From an uncultured Candidatus Scalindua sp. (GTDB taxonomy: Bacteria; Planctomycetota; Brocadiia; Brocadiales; Scalinduaceae): a stretch of DNA of 14,819 nt. A program made the position numbers and the translations under genes. The stretch spans positions 1-14,819 of the forward strand of contig CAYTLC010000047.1 in NCBI GenBank assembly GCA_964438395.1, in the 5' to 3' direction. The notes under the pieces were generated by a model. That model had not been told where the DNA came from. It ran no database searches and saw only the letters and a program-made list of their open reading frames with translations. Below are positions 8,161 through 14,819 of the stretch, one piece after another (position 1 is the stretch's first letter; every line of letters starts with the position of its first letter).

Positions 8161-9387
8161 TTAGCCGGTAAACCTTTTTAGTATGAGGCTGCTATTGTTA
8201 CCACCAAATGCATATGCGTTATTCATGGCAATATCAACCTGCATTTCACGCTTAACATTAGGTACAAAATCCAGATCGCACTCAGGATCCTTTGTTTCGT
8301 AATTTATAGTTGGAGGCACAACACTCTCTTTAATGGCTAAAGCGCATGCGATTGCCTCTATGGCGCTGGCAGCTCCCATTGTATGTCCAAGCATCGACTT
8401 TATGGAACTTATCGCCAGATTCTTTGCATGTTCTCCAAAGACCCTCTTAATAGATATTGTTTCCGCCTTGTCGTTAGCTACTGTTCCCGTACCATGAGCA
8501 CTCATATACTGAACATCTTCGGGCTTGATTTTTGCACTTTGCAACGCTTTTGTCATAGCCGAAGTAACACCATTTCCCTCCGGATGTGGAATTGTAATGT
8601 GATAACCGTCACAACTAAGTCCATAACCCAGGATCTCGGCATAAATATTTGCGCCTCTAGCCAGTGCACCTTCCATAGATTCTAATACCAGCATTCCGGC
8701 ACCTTCACCAACCAACAGGCCTTTTCTGTTCTTATCAAAAGGTTGGCAAATGTCAGGTGCAATAGCATTTAGCCTGCTAAAACCGACAAATGCTACTTTA
8801 GAAAACGGATCAGAGCCGCCGGCAAGCATTATGTCAGCTCTACCTAATTTTATCAGGTCACATGCATATCCAATAGCATAGTTTCCCGCTGCACATGCAG
8901 TAGGTATTATTGTGCTTGGCCCTTTAAGACCAAATTCAATAGATATGTTAGACGGCATATTGACGCAGGGATGCTGATGGAACAGACCGGGGTCTACGCT
9001 ATCCTCACCCTTCTCATGTCTGATATAGTTTACTTTTTCCAGAATCTGAATTTCACCTGCAGTTGTTCCAATTGAAACACCTGTTCTTTCAGGGTCAGTA
9101 TTGTTCAGGTCAACATTAGAGTCATCGATAGCGAGTTTTGCAGCAGCTATGGCAAATTGTGAACCTTTGCCAATCTCTCGATTTGAACCATTTTTTGTGT
9201 AATCTCCATAATTGAAATCTTTGACTGTACAGCCTCTGTGAACTTTAAAAGGAGAGGTGTCAAATGATGTGATCTCAGATACACCGGATGTGCCTGAGAT
9301 TAATGCATCCCAAAACAGATCTTTTGTGTTTCCAATAGGGGAGATTACACCTAAACCGGTAATTACAATTCTTTTATCTTTATCCAT
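8161..9387 (-). CDS. Beta-ketoacyl-ACP synthase II (FabF-like), catalytically intact
   Basis: 408 aa. [35 protein letters not shown] (C165), [14 protein letters not shown] (H298), [18 protein letters not shown] (H335), [15 protein letters not shown]. Confidence 0.95.
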   Translation of the reverse strand: MDKDKRIVITGLGVISPIGNTKDLFWDALISGTSGVSEITSFDTSPFKVHRGCTVKDFNYGDYTKNGSNREIGKGSQFAIAAAKLAIDDSNVDLNNTDPERTGVSIGTTAGEIQILEKVNYIRHEKGEDSVDPGLFHQHPCVNMPSNISIEFGLKGPSTIIPTACAAGNYAIGYACDLIKLGRADIMLAGGSDPFSKVAFVGFSRLNAIAPDICQPFDKNRKGLLVGEGAGMLVLESMEGALARGANIYAEILGYGLSCDGYHITIPHPEGNGVTSAMTKALQSAKIKPEDVQYMSAHGTGTVANDKAETISIKRVFGEHAKNLAISSIKSMLGHTMGAASAIEAIACALAIKESVVPPTINYETKDPECDLDFVPNVKREMQVDIAMNNAYAFGGNNSSLILKRFTG

Positions 9388-9416
9388 GGTTGATTATTTT
9401 TAAAGTACTAATGCTT

Positions 9417-9866
9417 TTATCCTGTTAATGAATCTTTGTCCGCAACACCAAAGCTCAACGTCGCTTTTGTTACAACTTTGTCTCCCACTTTTGCCACTCC
9501 CTTAACTATTGCCGCACTGGAAATGACCTTTTCAATATCTACTTCCAGAATAAGCTGGTCACCGGGAAATACGGGTTTTGAAAAACGTACGTTTGCGGAA
9601 GCCAACAAGAAGACTTTATCTTTATTCTGCTCGGTATCAAAGCTCTTTTTGAAGAGGATAATCGAGGCTTGCGCCAGAGCTTCTACAATGAGAACCCCAG
9701 GCATTATGGCAAAATCAGGGAAGTGTCCAACGAAGAAAGACTCATTGCCGGAGATGTTTTTCAGGCAAACAATTCTGCTCTCTTTTTGAAGTTCAGTAAC
9801 TTTATCAATAAATAAGAAAGGGTATTTTTGAGGAACCAACTCTCTTACTTCCTCAAAGTTCAACAT
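9417..9866 (-). CDS. FabZ-like 3-hydroxyacyl-[ACP] dehydratase (hotdog fold)
   Basis: VPQKYPFLFIDKV, VGHFPDFAIMPGVLIVEALAQAS. Retains hotdog catalytic His (H48) and Glu (E62). Confidence 0.9.
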   Translation of the reverse strand: MLNFEEVRELVPQKYPFLFIDKVTELQKESRIVCLKNISGNESFFVGHFPDFAIMPGVLIVEALAQASIILFKKSFDTEQNKDKVFLLASANVRFSKPVFPGDQLILEVDIEKVISSAAIVKGVAKVGDKVVTKATLSFGVADKDSLTG

Positions 9867-9973
9867 ATAAAATAACCTTTCGTTCTATCGTATATAGTAG
9901 CCACCGCCCATCCACCTTTATCGTTTGTGGATAGGCAAATAGATGATTAAGAAAGCGTAACAAGCTTTATCTA

Positions 9974-10225
9974 TTATCCTTCAAGTGTAGACCTGGTCAT
10001 CTCAATAGTTGCATTCAATGATGTAATGTCTACAAGTTTTTCTTCCGGAATTTGAACCTTAAACTTCTTTTCTATAAGGGCAAGAATTTCCAATGCCAAT
10101 AAGGAATCAATTTCCAGATCCTTAAAAAAATCAGCATCCCTTTTTTCCCATATTTCAGTCTCATCCAGCTCGGTTACTTCAGCAACAATAGCAGTGATAT
10201 CTTTCTCTAAGTTCTCTGCAGACAA
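9974..10225 (-). CDS. Acyl carrier protein
   Basis: 83 aa, acidic. DLEIDSLLALEILALIEKKFKVQIPEE holds the phosphopantetheine Ser (S41, TCC codon, bases 10103-10105). Start codon is TTG with upstream GGGAGG. Confidence 0.93.
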   Translation of the reverse strand: MSAENLEKDITAIVAEVTELDETEIWEKRDADFFKDLEIDSLLALEILALIEKKFKVQIPEEKLVDITSLNATIEMTRSTLEG

Positions 10226-10668
10226 TATCTTACCTCCCTAATAAACAACCAGAAATCTAACTATGAACCCAAAACACCAATCAAAAAGCTATTTAAACGG
10301 GTATTTATGAAGTTACATTCTGTAAAAATTATTGATCTAAAAGTATTGATAGTATTTGATTACGATAAAATGAAAATTATCGAAAAGGGAAAAATAACAA
10401 ACTTATATCAATATGTCAATAACAATCTTAGGACAATTTACATTGTTGACAGGTATAGACGATTACTGTTAGGAATAGTATATATTCAATCCAAACTGAT
10501 GGCATTTGAAACCGGTCCGAAAAACGTTGTTAATGAGTGTTTTCCTGGTGTATGTGCAGTAGAGAAGAACGGCGGAATGAAGTCGCGTAGGACTGACAAA
10601 AGTGTATAAGTCTCTAAGGTCACAGGACTTTCTATTATAATTGGTACTAGTTTTTTATTTAAATATAC

Positions 10669-10697
10669 TTGACAACAATACTTAGTATGGATAAACT
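10669..10697 (+). promoter_or_regulatory. Sigma70-like promoter upstream of parA-like gene
   Basis: TTGACA (10669-10674), 17-bp spacer, TAAACT (10692-10697, 4/6 match to TATAAT). The downstream gene starts at ATG 10751. Confidence 0.6.
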
Positions 10698-10750
10698 TTT
10701 CACTATTATCCTGATATTTTCTATAAAAGCACAAATCAATGAGGAGCAAA

Positions 10751-11518
10751 ATGCGTAGTATTGCGTTCATAAATCAAAAAGGTGGGGTGGGGAAAACAAC
10801 TTCGACCGCAAATGTTGGAGCATGCCTGGCTGCACATGGCAAAAAGGTGCTTATCATAGACCTCGATCCTCAAGCCAACCTGAGTATTCATTTCGGTATT
10901 AATGTCCAGGGAAAAGATTCATCTATTTATGAGATTATGTGCGGTAAGAAGACTGTTAAAGATGTACTAATAAAGACTTCTATTGCTAATCTGGATATTA
11001 TCCCTTCCGACATTGACCTTGCAAGTGCAGAGGTAGAACTCGTTAACACGGTAGGGCGTGAAACAATCGTTAAGTTCTATCTTGAAGGGATGTTAGAAGA
11101 ATATGATTATGTTTTAATTGACTGTCCACCGTCTTTAGGTCTTCTCACTCTGAATGCACTTACTATTGCCAACGAAATTTTTATTCCTCTTCAGACTGAG
11201 TTCTTTGCTCTGCAGGGCGTAAGTAAGCTGATACAAACTTTTGATGTTATCAAGAAACGGCTGAACAGCAAGTTAGAGATCACAGGAATAATACCTTGTA
11301 TGCATGATAGCAGGACAAAGCTGGGGCAGGCAGTGCTTGATAAGATCAAAGAATATTTTTCAGATAAGGTATTTAAAACGACCATTAGAAAAAATATTAA
11401 GCTTTCAGAATCAACAAGTCATGGTGTGCCGGTTACAGTATACGCTCCGGATTCTAATGGCGCTCAAGATTACGAGACGTTAACCAAAGAGATAATGTCC
11501 ATGAAGAAAAAGAAATAG
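10751..11518 (+). CDS. ParA/Soj-family ATPase
   Basis: [44 protein letters not shown] (deviant Walker A) and [19 protein letters not shown] (Walker B region). GAGGAG at 10742-10747 favours ATG 10751 over the track start at 10739. Confidence 0.93.
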   Translation: [255 protein letters not shown]

Positions 11519-11653
11519 CATCCCTGATGGGCGATGCATATATCCAGAGAGCGTGCTTCCCTGTAATACAATTTCAAACCGTAGATTAAACCAACAGTAT
11601 CTGTTTGTAGATTATAGAATTTTGGTGATATTTGTTGCTAAAAGGAAAGATTT

Positions 11654-12301
11654 GTGGCAAAAAAAAATGTACTTGGGTCGGATCCATTTGAGTGGTTAAA
11701 GAAGGATGATAAAGAAGAGGGCACTGAAGATAAGAAGAGCGATATTGGTGCTCAGAAGAAACAGGAAGAGAAACAAGCTGACCCGGTAGTAGCTAAAGAA
11801 GAGACAAGTGTTAAACAGGAAGTTAAACAAGAAGTAAAGCAGGAAGTAGAAAAGGAAGTAAAGAGTGAGGTAAAGAAAGAAGTAAAGAAAGAGGTAAAGA
11901 AGAAAGTAAAGCAGGAAGCGAAAGCATACGAACCTATAGATGTCTCCGCCACAACTAAACCACCGGTCAGCAAGGCTTACGATAAAATAATAGAACCATA
12001 TCTCCAGCAGGAAGAAGAAGCTTTTGAACCCAGTGACATATCAGAGGCAAATCGAAAAGCTGTTTTGGGTAAGGATGTCTATGCTCATCATGCCAAATCT
12101 CGTAAAGCAACACAAAAAGATAGCCCCGCAACTGCATTTGTAATTGTATACACAGTCTTATTGCTGATTCTCGGTTTCATAGTCTATAAAGATCTGACAA
12201 AACAGATTAATAAATTGGAGACGAAGTTGGACCGTGTAGAAAAGAAGCTTGATGAGGGTGTAATAGACTACGAGGATGCAAAACTAGATGGTGAGTGGTG
12301 A
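11654..12301 (+). CDS. Uncharacterised protein: short N-terminal motif, (K/Q)xEV repeat, TM helix and short coiled coil
   Basis: GTG start preceded by AAAGGAAAG. N-terminus MAKKNVLGSDPFEWLKKDD, then a Lys/Glu repeat, TM segment TAFVIVYTVLLLILGFIVY, then KQINKLETKLDRVEKKLDEG. Confidence 0.75.
   Translation: MAKKNVLGSDPFEWLKKDDKEEGTEDKKSDIGAQKKQEEKQADPVVAKEETSVKQEVKQEVKQEVEKEVKSEVKKEVKKEVKKKVKQEAKAYEPIDVSATTKPPVSKAYDKIIEPYLQQEEEAFEPSDISEANRKAVLGKDVYAHHAKSRKATQKDSPATAFVIVYTVLLLILGFIVYKDLTKQINKLETKLDRVEKKLDEGVIDYEDAKLDGEW
11810..11917 (+). repeat. Nine tandem imperfect 12-bp units encoding (K/Q/S)xEV-type tetrapeptides
   Basis: Units on a 12-bp register: GTTAAACAGGAA, GTTAAACAAGAA, GTAAAGCAGGAA, GTAGAAAAGGAA, GTAAAGAGTGAG, GTAAAGAAAGAA, GTAAAGAAAGAG, GTAAAGAAGAAA, GTAAAGCAGGAA. 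Confidence 0.9.
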
Positions 12302-13092
12302 TTCATAATAGTATGTTCAACCTTAAACTTTTTTTCACGTCCATTATCCAATAATAGTTTCAACTCTCCGATATTAGAAATTCCCAGAAAAATTCCTGTA
12401 TACTCTTTATTGGCATTACGAACGTTGACCCTTCTTCCTATGTTCACACAGAACTCCTGCCACTTCTCCACAATATATTCGTAGCGTTCATCCTTTAATA
12501 TTAAGTACCACGAATCCAGATTTTGCAGCAGTGCCTTTGCAAAATTGGTGCGATCTATAAATGTCTCTTTTTCAATAGCAAGAGATGTTGCCGGTTGACC
12601 AATATGTTCAGGAAATTCATGCTTCTTTGAATTGACATTTATTCCAATTCCTACAATATAGTCTCTTAACTGTTCTGTATGGTCCTGTGTCTCTACAATT
12701 ATTCCACCCAATTTCTTGTTATTAATTACAAGGTCATTAGGCCAGTCGATATCAACAGGTAATTGGAACATGTCCCTTATGGTTTGTACGATAGCTACTG
12801 CAGTAATAACCATCAGAAGATACGAATTCTCCGGTTGGATTACAGGCCTTAAGACAACAGTCAGTAACAGGCCTTTTCCGCTCTTGCAATACCACTCTTT
12901 CCCTGACCGTCCTCTTCCCTGGGTCTGCTCTTCAACAAAGATAGTGGTTCCCTCAATAGCACCCTCTTTGAGCATCTTCTTTGCAATGTCCATTGTAGAT
13001 TCGGTACGTTCAAGCGTAACTATCTCCCTGCCTATAATATCTGTACGCAGGTTATCTTTAATCTTGTCAGCAGATAAGCGAACGTGTTTCAT
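12268..13092 (-). CDS. birA: Biotin--[acetyl-CoA-carboxylase] ligase
   Basis: TESTMDIAKKMLKEG, EEQTQGRGRSGKEWYCKSGKGLLLTVVLRP, DIDWPNDLVINNKKLGGIIVET. There is no N-terminal HTH repressor domain. Confidence 0.93.
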   Translation of the reverse strand: MKHVRLSADKIKDNLRTDIIGREIVTLERTESTMDIAKKMLKEGAIEGTTIFVEEQTQGRGRSGKEWYCKSGKGLLLTVVLRPVIQPENSYLLMVITAVAIVQTIRDMFQLPVDIDWPNDLVINNKKLGGIIVETQDHTEQLRDYIVGIGINVNSKKHEFPEHIGQPATSLAIEKETFIDRTNFAKALLQNLDSWYLILKDERYEYIVEKWQEFCVNIGRRVNVRNANKEYTGIFLGISNIGELKLLLDNGREKKFKVEHTIMNHHSPSSFASS

Positions 13093-13150
13093 CTGTTTTC
13101 TGGGAAGAATTTAATTGAGAATCTGAAGATTTTGCTTTGACGGCAGATAC

Positions 13151-14176
13151 TCATTTATGAGGTTCAATGATCACTTTTACAGACTCTTTGGCCTCGGTAA
13201 CCAGCTTAAAGCCCTTTACAGCTTCTGACAGGCCTAAACGATGAGTAATCATCTCCTGCACAGGAACACGCTGAGAACTGATCAACTCAATTGCCACCTC
13301 TATGTCAAGAGGGCTGGCGCCGTACGTTGGCACTAAGGTAACACAGTTTTTCCAGAACTCATTAAACGGTACGTTAAGAGTAGTCTCCGGGCCGCCCGGT
13401 GCAAAGTAAAGGATAGTACCTGCACGGTCTACAGATTTCATAGCGGTATCTAAAGCGGAGTCTGCTCCGGCTGTTAATATCACACGATCAGCAAGCCTGT
13501 TGTTGTTCACTTTGAGTAGATGTGAAGGCAGGTCGTCATGGGCAGAGATGACAGAATCCGCTCCAAACTTCTTTGCCATCTCCATACGAAATTCACTAAT
13601 ATCAGTAGCAATTATCTTTCCGGCTCCCAGTGATTTAGCGAGTAAAATGTGAAGAAGTCCTGACATTCCACTGCCGATAACAACGACAGTCTGGCCCGGT
13701 TCAATACGAGCTACTCTCTGTCCACGGACCACACAAGCCAGTGGTTCAATAAACGTTCCATCTTCCAGTGACATATTATCAGGAAGAATAGAGATTCCTC
13801 TGTCTACATTAATTTCCGGTACACGTATATACTCAGCAAAACCGCCGGGATCAAAGTTTGTAGTACGCAAGGAGTCGCATACAGTGTGGTGGCCATTCAA
13901 ACAGTAATGACACGTATTACAGGGAACGTGGTGCGATACAAAGACCCTGTCTCCCTTTTTGAATCGTTTAACATCCTCTCCTGTTTCAACAATCTCACCG
14001 GTTGCTTCGTGTCCAAGTACAAGTGGTGCTTTGTGAATACGATACCATTCCATTACGTCACTGCCGCAGATACCACAGGCCATTGATTTAAACAGTACCT
14101 CGCCTTTACCAATCTTCGGAGTTGGCATCTCTTCCACTCTAATGTCACTGTTATTGTAATACATTGCTACGCGCAT
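13151..14176 (-). CDS. Zinc-dependent medium-chain alcohol/sorbitol/threonine-type dehydrogenase
   Basis: CGICGSDVMEWY, LVLGHEATGEIVETG, GDRVFVSHHVPCNTCHYCLNGHHTVC (structural Zn cysteines), VVVIGSGMSGLLHILLAKSLGAGKIIATD. The track starts at GTG 14281, but family homology appears to start at MRVAMYYNN (ATG 14174-14176). Confidence 0.88.
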   Translation of the reverse strand: MRVAMYYNNSDIRVEEMPTPKIGKGEVLFKSMACGICGSDVMEWYRIHKAPLVLGHEATGEIVETGEDVKRFKKGDRVFVSHHVPCNTCHYCLNGHHTVCDSLRTTNFDPGGFAEYIRVPEINVDRGISILPDNMSLEDGTFIEPLACVVRGQRVARIEPGQTVVVIGSGMSGLLHILLAKSLGAGKIIATDISEFRMEMAKKFGADSVISAHDDLPSHLLKVNNNRLADRVILTAGADSALDTAMKSVDRAGTILYFAPGGPETTLNVPFNEFWKNCVTLVPTYGASPLDIEVAIELISSQRVPVQEMITHRLGLSEAVKGFKLVTEAKESVKVIIEPHK

Positions 14177-14468
14177 ATTGATATCCCGGATATTTAGTAA
14201 GAAAGTTAAAGTCTGGTGCTTATATGGCTGGTCAAGTGTGCCTTTTCCTGCCACTCGTATAACAGCTTGATATAACGTCACACCTTATACCAGAATGGCA
14301 AAAAGCTTTCAACTGTTTTCTGTCAGTTCAGATGGAGTTGGCGATAGTGTGAAAATAAGTGAGCTAAAGTTTAAAGTGAACTAAAGTTATAAGAGGTGCA
14401 AAGATACATAAAGGATTAAAAAAAATGAAGATTTCAGGTTTGGCAGAAGCTGAAAGAAAGAGGATTGA

Positions 14469-14819
14469 TTATTTATTCTTAGCTTTATCATTTATCACTT
14501 CTATTATGTGATCATCGATTTCTGTGAATTGAATTGCGAAACCATTTATGGATGTGTTCAGGCGTTTTTTTGATCGAATGATTTTTCCGGCACATATTAT
14601 TGAAGGGTGGGTATGAGAGAAACCTATTTTCAGATCCAGGGTTGTACCAACCTTCAGCTTTTCCAGGGTATAAAAGAAAATACCGCCGGCACTCAGATTT
14701 ACTATGGCTACCATATCCCAGTCATTATAATTTATGTCACCAATTGATTTAACCCTGAATCTTGTAATGTATGGATTCGCTATTCTTGGATGTTTCCTCG
14801 CTTCTGAAAACTTGTACAT
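14469..14819 (-). CDS. PilZ-domain protein (reaches the window edge; possibly 5' partial)
   Basis: EARKHPRIANPYITRFRV...VAIVNLSAGGIFFYTLEKLKVGTTLDLKI..GKIIRSKK fits the PilZ RxxxR and (D/N)xSxxG pattern. Confidence 0.75.
   Translation of the reverse strand: MYKFSEARKHPRIANPYITRFRVKSIGDINYNDWDMVAIVNLSAGGIFFYTLEKLKVGTTLDLKIGFSHTHPSIICAGKIIRSKKRLNTSINGFAIQFTEIDDHIIEVINDKAKNK

Noticed and set aside
9436-9789. 117-aa plus-strand ORF antisense to fabZ (also plus-strand ORFs at 7808..8083, 8383..8685 and 12716..13114)
   Set aside because: Antisense to well-supported fabZ, KS and birA genes. The translations look like mirror frames of the conserved sequence.
10632-10645. Minus-strand TATAAT (within ATTATAATAG) as the lipid operon promoter
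   Set aside because: No convincing -35 at 16-18 bp. It would leave a leader of about 400 nt. Not supported without TSS data.
10486-10770. 94-aa minus-strand ORF overlapping the parA promoter and start
   Set aside because: Overlaps a good sigma70-like promoter and the parA start, with no recognisable motif.
11810-11917. CRISPR or noncoding satellite interpretation of the 12-bp array
   Set aside because: Units are in frame, have no spacers, and fall inside a coherent coding sequence with a TM helix and coiled coil downstream.

Overview
The window reads as a bacterial chromosomal segment built around a six-gene minus-strand operon (about 10225 down to 3918): acyl carrier protein, FabZ-like dehydratase, FabF-like ketosynthase with an intact Cys-His-His triad, a second full-length FabF-like protein with all three catalytic residues replaced (T163/C301/E338), a CrtI/phytoene-desaturase-like flavoprotein, and a radical SAM protein with a degenerate cobalamin-binding N-terminus. 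The operon ends in a strong hairpin terminator with a minus-strand T7 tract (about 3854-3904). This gene combination resembles the clusters proposed for ladderane lipid biosynthesis in anammox planctomycetes. That assignment is inference from gene content and needs database and chemical confirmation. The strongest observation is the adjacent active/inactive ketosynthase pair, analogous to the KS-alpha/chain-length-factor organisation of type II polyketide synthases. Left flank (+): two FlgT/LPP20-like secreted proteins around a TPR/CsgG-like/DUF4384-like lipoprotein. Right flank: an orphan ParA ATPase with a downstream (K/Q)xEV-repeat, single-TM, coiled-coil protein (+), then BirA, a medium-chain zinc dehydrogenase and a PilZ protein (-). 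No tRNA, rRNA, CRISPR array or mobile element was recognised by reading.
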